From a virus (Duplodnaviria > Caudoviricetes), in the IMG/VR virus record IMGVR_UViG_3300011335_000231, positions 1 to 58,814 of that record: a stretch of DNA of 58,814 nucleotides; one strand, given 5' to 3'. The translations under genes and the position numbers were made by a program. This document shows positions 9,163 to 16,130 of this stretch, piece by piece; the first letter of the stretch is position 1; every line of letters begins with the position of its first letter. The notes under the pieces were generated by a model. It searched no databases, was not told where the DNA came from, and saw only the letters and a list, made by a program, of their open reading frames with translations.

Positions 9163-9230
9163 ATCACTGCAATCACAACAGCTACAGCAAGCAAACAGAT
9201 AAACCAATTGTATAAAGTTTCATCATCCAT
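9153..9230 (-). CDS. Small membrane peptide (25 aa)
   Basis: MDDETLYNWFICLLAVAVVIAVIWM; fills the gap between neighbours. Confidence 0.55.
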   Translation of the reverse strand: MDDETLYNWFICLLAVAVVIAVIWM

Positions 9231-9390
9231 TTGTAACATCCTTTCTTTTAACGGGTATGGCTAAGAGCCACTTGTCACCTAAGTATCTAACACTCCGCAC
9301 CCATTGTCGTTGGTTGTGTCTGTTGATACGCCTATCTACACCCTCAGTGTTGAAGAGAGTGCGAACATGTTTTAACATCTTTGTATTCAT
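9223..9390 (-). CDS. Hypothetical basic early protein
   Basis: AAGGA SD; RHNQRQWVRS.R.LGDKWLLA. Confidence 0.7.
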   Translation of the reverse strand: MNTKMLKHVRTLFNTEGVDRRINRHNQRQWVRSVRYLGDKWLLAIPVKRKDVTNG

Positions 9391-9391
9391 T

Positions 9392-9595
9392 TCAATCCTT
9401 AACAAAACGAAAGTTTCCTACATCTACCTGTTCCCTGTTGGCAAAGAACAAGCCATCGAGGTAACGCTCCAGTGCCTTTGATGCATCAGATAGTGTGGCA
9501 TAACGCCTTGGCTTGAAGCTCCCACTCTCAGTCACATCAAACTCTAGGCAGTGCCACTTGTCACGCAGTCTGGTTTGTATCTTGTACATATGCAT
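9392..9595 (-). CDS. Hypothetical early protein
   Basis: Tiles the operon; internal Met start. Confidence 0.6.
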   Translation of the reverse strand: MHMYKIQTRLRDKWHCLEFDVTESGSFKPRRYATLSDASKALERYLDGLFFANREQVDVGNFRFVKD

Positions 9596-9860
9596 ACCTT
9601 TCATAAGACTTAACCTTGCTGTCACCATCGGTGTGTTTGTATACAAACTTAACTGCCACACTGTCGGAGTGCAATCGTTGTAGCAACAGGGATAAGTCGC
9701 AGTCCTCTTCGAGGTAGACATTGTCCTTGTACTGGTAACTGTAGCTGCTTACATCAGGGGCAATGCCCAAGTTCTCTAACACCCTACGCTTCACCTTACC
9801 CCACCCATGTCCTGCATCAGTGTATACAGTGATGGTGAATGTCTTTCCTTTTTTTATCAT
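9561..9860 (-). CDS. Conserved phage early protein (D.GHGW..YLEEDCD)
   Basis: Recognisable motif; AAGGA SD. Confidence 0.8.
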   Translation of the reverse strand: MIKKGKTFTITVYTDAGHGWGKVKRRVLENLGIAPDVSSYSYQYKDNVYLEEDCDLSLLLQRLHSDSVAVKFVYKHTDGDSKVKSYERYAYVQDTNQTA

Positions 9861-10009
9861 GTTGTTTCCTTCAAAACTTGTTGAGCATATTCAATGTCAC
9901 CAGTCAGTGCCTCAATCCAACTACCCTCTTCGATGTACTTGTCAGCCGATTGTGATAGTAAGCGCAGTGCCTTTCGCAATTTGCTAATCTGTTTCTGTTC
10001 ATCAGTCAT
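9857..10009 (-). CDS. Hypothetical early protein
   Basis: GGAG SD before MTDEQ. Confidence 0.65.
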   Translation of the reverse strand: MTDEQKQISKLRKALRLLSQSADKYIEEGSWIEALTGDIEYAQQVLKETT

Positions 10010-10202
10010 GCTTGTCTCCCTTAAGGGTTGTGGGTTGTGCAAGTTCCTTTTCCATCCCCTTGATGAAGGCATAGTAGCCCTTCGTCTTCGGGGTGTAGAA
10101 GGTGGATGCTACTTGCTTAGGCTTCATAGCCTTAGCAAGGTTAGGTAGGGTGGCTACATAACACCTACCAAAAAAGTCTGCAGTAAATTCTATCTTACTC
10201 AT
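10002..10202 (-). CDS. Hypothetical early protein
   Basis: Tiles the operon. Confidence 0.6.
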   Translation of the reverse strand: MSKIEFTADFFGRCYVATLPNLAKAMKPKQVASTFYTPKTKGYYAFIKGMEKELAQPTTLKGDKHD

Positions 10203-10470
10203 CACATGCCCCTTCCATAACATCACTCAGCTTGATGCCACTGCATAAGTCATCAGCACTTCTCTCGAAGGCTCTTCGAGTGTCATCAATAAACTCAGCT
10301 ACCTGTTCAGCCATAAAGTGTTCGACTACTTCCCAGTACACAATGCCATCCACCCTCCAGTCAGAGTCTTCATGCTCTAGTTTCGCTATGATGTCATCAT
10401 AGGGCAGATCATCGGGGTAATCAGACAGCCATTGGTTGAGAGCAAACCTCTCACTTACTTTCATCTTCAT
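10195..10470 (-). CDS. Hypothetical acidic early protein
   Basis: 91 aa, D/E-rich; AAGGA SD. Confidence 0.75.
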   Translation of the reverse strand: MKMKVSERFALNQWLSDYPDDLPYDDIIAKLEHEDSDWRVDGIVYWEVVEHFMAEQVAEFIDDTRRAFERSADDLCSGIKLSDVMEGACDE

Positions 10471-10664
10471 AATGTGTTTCCTTTCAGGATGAGTTCTCGC
10501 TTAATGAGGGGTAAGTAAACTTTGTTACCAAAGAATTGATGCTCAAACAATTGATCGTCAACGATCTTGTCTGAGTGTGCTCTAGCTGCTTTCATTGTCT
10601 TGAAAGAAGCCACAGGGCTAGTGCTATTGGGGTAGCACACAATGTATTTGAATCTGTATCTCAT
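10467..10664 (-). CDS. Hypothetical early protein
   Basis: Start MRYRF directly after the upstream stop. Confidence 0.65.
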   Translation of the reverse strand: MRYRFKYIVCYPNSTSPVASFKTMKAARAHSDKIVDDQLFEHQFFGNKVYLPLIKRELILKGNTL

Positions 10665-10665
10665 A

Positions 10666-11046
10666 TCACCACCATGAATCGTAGAACACTGCCTTGCCAT
10701 CAGAGATGGCCTGTCTTGCCACCTTAACAAAGGTAGCTACACTCTCAAGATCTTCGGGGTATATTTCCTGAGCACCGAAGAAGAACCCGTTGCGGGGTAT
10801 CAAATTGTTATTGCCAGTGTCCATCTCTAAACGATCAAGATCATTAGCAGTGAGTCTCACTGTGGTGCAGTTGAAACTCTGTTTAGTACCACCCTTTTGG
10901 CGGTACAAATCTTCCATCCAACCATGCAAAGCATTGAACTTTCGCCAGTAGCAGATCTCTGTAGCAGTGTCACCCAGTGCCACATCAGTGCTACCACCTC
11001 TTGCTACCTCAACATCCACAATGAATGCATACATATCAAGTCCCAT
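10666..11046 (-). CDS. Conserved phage early protein (MGLDMY..YWRK.N.LHGW family)
   Basis: Characteristic N-terminus, GFFFG and Y.SWW end. Confidence 0.85.
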   Translation of the reverse strand: MGLDMYAFIVDVEVARGGSTDVALGDTATEICYWRKFNALHGWMEDLYRQKGGTKQSFNCTTVRLTANDLDRLEMDTGNNNLIPRNGFFFGAQEIYPEDLESVATFVKVARQAISDGKAVFYDSWW

Positions 11047-11197
11047 AATTGTTCCTCGGAAAGTTAATTGTTGAATAATAAAAGTCAAGGATTTCATCCT
11101 CAGTTAGCTCGAAGTCTACATCACACAGTGCCTTAGCAATGTCAGTTTCATACTTGTACCTAGACCAACCTGTCTTCAGTATCAGGGAGGTAGTCAT
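11036..11197 (-). CDS. Hypothetical early protein
   Basis: AGGTG SD; tiles the operon. Confidence 0.55.
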   Translation of the reverse strand: MTTSLILKTGWSRYKYETDIAKALCDVDFELTEDEILDFYYSTINFPRNNYGT

Positions 11198-11198
11198 G

Positions 11199-11342
11199 TC
11201 ACCTACAGCAAACATGCACCACCATCCTGTCCTCATCCACTGTCAGCCATGCCTTCCGAGTGAATGAATCGTAAACAATAATGTCACCGACATTAATGAT
11301 TGCCCCTGTCTTGCAACAGATACCTTTGTATCTAGCCTTCAT
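11199..11342 (-). CDS. Small Cys-containing protein (47 aa)
   Basis: MKARYKGICCKTGAIINVGDII...; ATGA overlap. Confidence 0.65.
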   Translation of the reverse strand: MKARYKGICCKTGAIINVGDIIVYDSFTRKAWLTVDEDRMVVHVCCR

Positions 11343-11533
11343 GATCCGTTCCATGTAGCCTCCGAATGTTGTTCTTCAATGTGCCAAGTGCCTATCTTGA
11401 TAGCCTCTGCTATGGTTTCTGCGAAACCAATGTAACCCACTGCATCTGAGTCTGAGAATAGCTCAAACACCTCAGCAGTGGCATCCCACTTAGCCCACAC
11501 TTCGTAGCCCTTCTTAGCAAGGATTTTCCGCAT
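11339..11533 (-). CDS. Hypothetical early protein
   Basis: GGAG SD before MRKIL. Confidence 0.7.
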   Translation of the reverse strand: MRKILAKKGYEVWAKWDATAEVFELFSDSDAVGYIGFAETIAEAIKIGTWHIEEQHSEATWNGS

Positions 11534-11867
11534 TGTATTTCTCCAAATATTTAAACAAATATTCCAGTGCCTCTGACTCTCTGTCGAAGCATCGGTACTC
11601 ACCATCACTATCTATCCATTCACAAGACACAGTCTTGGCAAACAGTACATACTGATCATCATCAACATGTTCCACATACCAGTCCTTCATCTCATTCAAT
11701 GCCCAGTCTTTGAGATAAATCTCATGGCAAATTTTCTTGCACCTCTCATCACTCTCCCTAGTGAGTCGGGCTAGTTCTGCAGGATGGTTGTCTGATAACA
11801 ACCCCATCACTGCATACTTGAACATAAATCTTTTATGTTGGTCATCGTCAAGCCACTCTGGAATCAT
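11514..11867 (-). CDS. Hypothetical early protein
   Basis: 117 aa; ATGA overlap. Confidence 0.75.
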   Translation of the reverse strand: MIPEWLDDDQHKRFMFKYAVMGLLSDNHPAELARLTRESDERCKKICHEIYLKDWALNEMKDWYVEHVDDDQYVLFAKTVSCEWIDSDGEYRCFDRESEALEYLFKYLEKYNAENPC

Positions 11868-12274
11868 ACAAAGTCCCTCATGTAAATAACACCACGCTTG
11901 ATGCCATCTGCCATCGGCATCACCTTCATTGCCACCACATCAGCCTTGTCCACAGGTTGTTCAGTGGTCTTGTATACAAAACTGTCATACTTATAAGGGT
12001 TATAAGTAACTTGCCTACCTACAATGCTGATGAAATCAAATTGATTGTCAGCTCTGTTGGTGCAGTAGTTAATCCAAGTGCCACTAACACCAGCATGTAC
12101 ATTCTTACGCTTCTCTCGAAGCACTCGCTGTCGCCCTGCCTCAGACACCATCAGCTTGCATCCATCAAGCACCACAGTGTCACGATGGGCAACTACTCTG
12201 CCCTTGTCAGCACCTTCCAAGGCTTTAATGCTGAAGCATTTCTTGTGTAAATTAAAGTAGACAAATACTCTCAT
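11864..12274 (-). CDS. Conserved phage early protein (VYFNLHK..KRKNVHA family)
   Basis: Recognisable motifs including YNPY. Confidence 0.85.
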   Translation of the reverse strand: MRVFVYFNLHKKCFSIKALEGADKGRVVAHRDTVVLDGCKLMVSEAGRQRVLREKRKNVHAGVSGTWINYCTNRADNQFDFISIVGRQVTYNPYKYDSFVYKTTEQPVDKADVVAMKVMPMADGIKRGVIYMRDFV

Positions 12275-12483
12275 GTTGTTGCCTCAGCCAGTGCATTTTC
12301 ACTGTCAATTGTTATCTGATCAAACACCTGTTGCTTCGTGCCTTTGTAACCCATCCCTTTAAGAATTGCATAGCAAGTCTTACCTTTGGATGTTAGTCGC
12401 ATTCCCACCATCTCCAATCTAAGACCTTGTCTTAGAGAACGGAGACGGAAAGCTTCGATTTTCTGTGGAGTATCTAGTACCAT
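12271..12483 (-). CDS. Hypothetical early protein
   Basis: AAGGA SD before MVLDT at 12483. Confidence 0.75.
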   Translation of the reverse strand: MVLDTPQKIEAFRLRSLRQGLRLEMVGMRLTSKGKTCYAILKGMGYKGTKQQVFDQITIDSENALAEATT

Positions 12484-12615
12484 TGTGTTTCCTTTCAGGA
12501 AGAGTTGCTTGAGAGAAGAAGTTACTGTAAGTAACATCCTCTCAGAAACCCACTGTCTAGCACCGACCCCAGTGCCACAATGGAATTGTCTCTCATATAC
12601 ATTATCAACATGATG

Positions 12616-12688
12616 TATTAGCATGTCCTATGCATTCACCCTGCATAGACTGGGCTGATCCATAGTGATGACGCAAGCCTTGCTAATA
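12616..12688. ncRNA. Candidate three-way-junction structured RNA
   Basis: Stems TATTAGCA/TGCTAATA, CTATGCA/TGCATAG and GGCT/AGCC within a 340-nt intergenic gap. Confidence 0.45.
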
Positions 12689-12715
12689 GCATGCACCCTC
12701 ACCGACTTCAGTCTT

Positions 12716-12751
12716 AATTTTTAAAGAACATTCGTTTGAAGCTTTGCTTCA
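12716..12751 (-). promoter_or_regulatory. rrn-like boxB-boxA antitermination element
   Basis: Hairpin TGAAGC-AAA-GCTTCA followed by TGTTCTTTAAAAATT on the minus strand. Confidence 0.55.
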
Positions 12752-12792
12752 CAGCAGGGCTTCACCCTATAGAGAATACTCAATGGCACTCT

Positions 12793-12814
12793 GAAAAGCC
12801 CCTAAGGGCTTTCC
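12793..12814 (-). terminator. Hairpin/terminator after the GP88-like gene
   Basis: AAAGCCC-TTAG-GGGCTTTT. Confidence 0.5.
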
Positions 12815-12823
12815 GGAAGGTCA

Positions 12824-13540
12824 TCAAACAACAAAGCCAGTGGTATCAAGCTTCGCTTTACCTTTAGCATACAAACCGACAATGACTTTGTCATCAAGGT
12901 GACGAACATCAGAGTTGTCTCCAGAGACAACAGGGATTCCCATAAAAGTAGCAGGGATATCTTGTTCCTTACGGAACACTACTGCCATTCTCATGTTGTT
13001 AAGCAAAGCTTTTTGAACGAAGGGTTGAAAACCCTCAACACCGCTATAACTGAAAGTTAAATCATAATTAGCAGGTAAATCTTTACGATTTACATCCTTG
13101 GTGTAGTCATAGAAAGTAACCTCAGGGAAAGCGGCAAATATGTTTACATATTCAATGCCATCAGTATCAGTAAAACCTATGGTTTCCCACCGAATGTCAC
13201 TAGTACCATTCAATCTAACCAAAGGCTGTAAGCCTTTCTTCTTTGCTTTCTTAATAATTTTGGCAATATCAACAACAAGTTGTTGCATGAAAGTATTTCG
13301 CTCTGTAAAAAACCAAATGGTTTTGTTGATTCGAGCCGTTTGAACGGAGTTCATAGCACCTCGCCCTGCTTTGTACAAACAGGCCACATCACATTTGGCA
13401 GTCTTTGCCATAGAACAAGTGTTCCACTTGGTAGTTGTTGCCGGAGCTAGATAGAGAATGCCAGTTAAGAAACCTAAGGTTTCTCCCTTGACAGTTTTGG
13501 CATCGGACGACACAGAAAGCAGAGCTTTAGACTTGAACAT
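12824..13540 (-). CDS. GP88-like protein (Cys cluster, radical-SAM-like)
   Basis: C.......C...C, VRLNGTSD, FYDYTK, YDLTFS, GD..D.R.LD, GL.AKG. Confidence 0.8.
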   Translation of the reverse strand: MFKSKALLSVSSDAKTVKGETLGFLTGILYLAPATTTKWNTCSMAKTAKCDVACLYKAGRGAMNSVQTARINKTIWFFTERNTFMQQLVVDIAKIIKKAKKKGLQPLVRLNGTSDIRWETIGFTDTDGIEYVNIFAAFPEVTFYDYTKDVNRKDLPANYDLTFSYSGVEGFQPFVQKALLNNMRMAVVFRKEQDIPATFMGIPVVSGDNSDVRHLDDKVIVGLYAKGKAKLDTTGFVV

Positions 13541-13587
13541 TTTGTTTCCTTTAGGAAGGTTGTGGCAACATTGCCGTTGAGGTTTCA

Positions 13588-13616
13588 ATTATATCGATCA
13601 ATAAAGACCATGTCAA
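13588..13616 (-). promoter_or_regulatory. Consensus sigma70 early promoter
   Basis: TTGACA-17-TATAAT, perfect match. Confidence 0.9.
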
Positions 13617-13853
13617 TCACAGGGCTTTTCTGCTACCAACAAGGGTTTTACCCTTGAACAACAGTGCCTCATCGTAACATCCCATCCACTGTAATGCTTC
13701 AGCTTTGCTGAGTGTGTAATGGTGTTTCTTGAAACCGACACCAGTTACTTTGTAACCAAACTTTTTGGCAACCAGTGCCATTGTGTCGTCTTTGACGGCA
13801 TAGATGAACGATGCAAGTGATGCAAAGAAAATTGTAGGGGCAATGTATTCCAT
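13617..13853 (-). CDS. Hypothetical early protein with hydrophobic N-terminus
   Basis: AAGGA SD; 78 aa. Confidence 0.75.
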   Translation of the reverse strand: MEYIAPTIFFASLASFIYAVKDDTMALVAKKFGYKVTGVGFKKHHYTLSKAEALQWMGCYDEALLFKGKTLVGSRKAL

Positions 13854-13882
13854 GATTTGTTTCCTTTAGGAAGGGTTAAAAA

Positions 13883-14206
13883 TTAAGCTCGGGCTTTGCT
13901 CAGTGCCAACAATTCGGCATATCCTGCTTCTTCTGAAGCATATTCATGACCTTTGAGAGCTTCTATGATACGGAGTTCATCACAAAGATAACTTCTGAAT
14001 TCAGTGATCTGAGAGTCAGAAAATTCCCCTTTTGTCAGGATGCTTCTAATGAACTTCTGAGTTTTCCGACCCTCAGAATCGTGAAACTCTTCAAGGACAT
14101 CCCAAAGGATGTCACCACAGTTATCAAGAACTGCTTTTGCTAGATTCAAAAAGCGAACCGGATCAGGTTGGTTTTGGTCAACAACTTTCATCTTCATGTC
14201 TTTCAT
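13883..14206 (-). CDS. Hypothetical protein, first gene of the early arm
   Basis: 107 aa; start codons lie within a long hairpin and no clear SD. Confidence 0.6.
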   Translation of the reverse strand: MKDMKMKVVDQNQPDPVRFLNLAKAVLDNCGDILWDVLEEFHDSEGRKTQKFIRSILTKGEFSDSQITEFRSYLCDELRIIEALKGHEYASEEAGYAELLALSKARA

Positions 14207-14282
14207 TTAATGAATTCAAGAGAAAATACCCTTTTTTCACTACCATGAAAAAGGATATTTTCTCTATTAAATGAAAGACATG
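14195..14282. repeat. Long imperfect inverted repeat 1
   Basis: CATGTCTTTCATTTAA/TTAAATGAAAGACATG plus an inner ~20-bp stem. Confidence 0.9.
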
Positions 14283-14305
14283 GATTCAGGCATGTAGGCG
14301 CAGAT

Positions 14306-14374
14306 CTTTCTATATTTAAACAAAAGAAGATGCCAACAAGTTGGCATGTCTTTTGTGATTATAAATATAGAAAG
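14306..14374. repeat. Long imperfect inverted repeat 2
   Basis: CTTTCTATATTTA/TAAATATAGAAAG, ACAAAAGA/TCTTTTGT, ATGCCAAC/GTTGGCAT. Confidence 0.9.
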
Positions 14375-14384
14375 TAATAGAGAC

Positions 14385-14570
14385 TTATCCACAACTTGTT
14401 CTTGGCTCGGTTTGGCAATCGGTGGATAACCCAGTGTTGTGCTGTGGATAACTTTGGAAATTGAAGGTTGTTGATAACTTTGGTTTTGCTGTGGATAACT
14501 TTACCGATTGGGGTATTCTCTTTAGAGGGTGGTGGATATACCGACCCTTCTGTCAATGGGGTTATGCAAA
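14385..14570. promoter_or_regulatory. DnaA-box cluster
   Basis: TTATCCACA at 14385; TGTGGATAA at 14443 and 14490; one-mismatch boxes at 14421 and 14469; weaker boxes at 14531 and 14562. Confidence 0.8.
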
Positions 14571-14614
14571 AAAAGCATAACTTTTTTGACACTTTTTAAC
14601 CATGAGAACCGATT

Positions 14615-14712
14615 TTGAATCAGTATTCAAGATCTTCTAAGTCCTTGAATTCATTAAAGAATCTTTTCTTTGAGTTGAATGCAGTTAAGATCTTTGAATC
14701 ACCTAGAGATCT
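14615..14712 (+). repeat. AT-rich TTGAAT..AGATCT repeats
   Basis: Units start at 14615, 14645, 14675 (30-bp period) and 14694. Confidence 0.65.
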
Positions 14713-14742
14713 GCATCGCATTGCAGGGCTGCTACGGCTGCA

Positions 14743-14782
14743 GGGCTGGGCGGCAGCGGGGCGGGGCGTGGGCCAGTGGGGG
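14743..14782 (+). other. G-tract cluster (G-quadruplex-forming potential)
   Basis: Six runs of at least 3 G within 40 nt. Confidence 0.6.
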
Positions 14783-14874
14783 TGTAGGCGCTATTGTATA
14801 TGGCCTCGTCCAAAAATCAGGAAAATTGAGTCTGTTAACCAAACTCCATATTTGGCAGCTTCCACACACCCCTA

Positions 14875-14986
14875 AAACAATTAGGGACAGATCAACTTTA
14901 GCGATCTGCACCGTCAACTACCCAGAGATGTGTACACGCTAGTATAGGAATTGTTCAGTATTCTAAACAATTAGGGACAGATCAAC
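14875..14986 (+). repeat. 22-bp direct repeat, two copies
   Basis: AAACAATTAGGGACAGATCAAC at 14875 and 14965. Confidence 0.9.
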
Positions 14987-15171
14987 ACTACACATAAAGA
15001 TGCACAAACAGCTACTAAGCGGTAACATATATGTTACTAGATAAGAACTATTCTCATTGAAATTTCATGCAACTTGATACTTAAAAGCTTTGACTAGATA
15101 CTTAAACTACACCCCCATATGGACCATTTTGTTATTTAGGCAATATTTCTGATTGTCCCTACAGAAAAAGC

Positions 15172-15200
15172 TTGACATTGGTTTCAATGTGTGTAAAACT
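15172..15200 (+). promoter_or_regulatory. Sigma70-type promoter heading the late arm
   Basis: TTGACA, then TAAAAC(T) after 16 nt; weak -10. Confidence 0.5.
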
Positions 15201-15203
15201 ACC

Positions 15204-15662
15204 AGTACCTGCACCATGTATGCCTAGAGCATACAGGCGATACGAAACAAAGTATGAGCTACCTTCCGGCTACAGGTAAAGAAATGAGCTTGCAATCGGC
15301 TGCTGAAGAGAAAAGACTCAGAGAGAACAATAGAGGGGCCACTCTGTTGTTCTACTTTGGACACTGGCAGTGGTACACCTTACACTGACCAGACTAGACT
15401 TGATGTGGGTACTTGTTAAAAGCTGTTGCTAAAAGGGTGGGCTAACAACAGCCATAGATGAACACATCCCTTATGGGCTTTCTAGGTGTATGTTCTAGAT
15501 ATTAGTGGTAGGTGGTATGTATTTCATAATGTGATATGTACCGTTCCCTACAGGTAATGGTAGTAGTTTCTTCACAGGACTTCTACCGTTACCTTCATAG
15601 ACACTATAGACATACATTGGGATAGGTTGTTATGTGTAGCAATAAATGCTACCATACCACCT
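15204..15662 (+). ncRNA. Candidate large structured ncRNA
   Basis: No ORF of 60 aa or more; at least 8 stems, several with G-U pairs that work only on the plus strand. Confidence 0.55.
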
Positions 15663-15694
15663 TAGCTAGGCTATGTGTGTTAGCATGAAGCATT

Positions 15695-15976
15695 ATGAAC
15701 TTATACACCCGACAACAGCTAGATGATAAAGGTTTAACAAACACATACCCCTACAGTGTAGCTACACAAGCTTCACTAGCGTTACACAGAGGTTATGTAG
15801 ACAAGATGCATTTATTCCACAGTGATGTTTATTATGTTAGAGCAGCACTAGAGAAAAACACAGGATATGTATTTCCCTTAGACAGAGTTGAAGATGCTAT
15901 GAGAGCTGAGGGATGGAAAGAACACAGACACCTACCAAAGAAGAAACAACATGGCAACAAAGAAAAGTACAGTTAA
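15695..15976 (+). CDS. Hypothetical protein
   Basis: 93 aa; first ORF of the late arm. Confidence 0.7.
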   Translation: MNLYTRQQLDDKGLTNTYPYSVATQASLALHRGYVDKMHLFHSDVYYVRAALEKNTGYVFPLDRVEDAMRAEGWKEHRHLPKKKQHGNKEKYS

Positions 15977-16130
15977 TGCTGCTGGCAATTACACCAAGCC
16001 TACAATGCGTAAGGCGTTAGTTGCTAGTGTGAAGGCTGGAACTAAAGGTGGTGATGCTGGTGAATGGTCTGCTAGGAAAGCACAGCTTGTTGCTAAAAAG
16101 TACAAAGCTGCTGGGGGTGGTTACAAATGA
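15951..16130 (+). CDS. Small basic protein (DUF5872 N-half-like, 59 aa)
   Basis: NYTKP.MRK..GG..GEWSARKAQ..YK.AGGGY. Confidence 0.8.
   Translation: MATKKSTVNAAGNYTKPTMRKALVASVKAGTKGGDAGEWSARKAQLVAKKYKAAGGGYK

Noticed and set aside
12764-12774. T7-like promoter ACCCTATAGAG (also at 26225-26235)
   Set aside because: Only two 11-bp copies, no phage RNA polymerase, and the second copy is explained by an RNA stem.
14359-14942. ORFs 14359-14592, 14615-14875, 14679-14942 and 14732-14917
   Set aside because: No SD, atypical composition, and they run over DnaA boxes, repeats and the G-tract.
14875-14986. Mini CRISPR array
   Set aside because: Only two 22-bp copies with a 68-bp spacer, and no cas genes.
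15303-15330. Hammerhead ribozyme core CTGAAGA
   Set aside because: No stem II followed by GAAA, and no matching cleavage triplet geometry.
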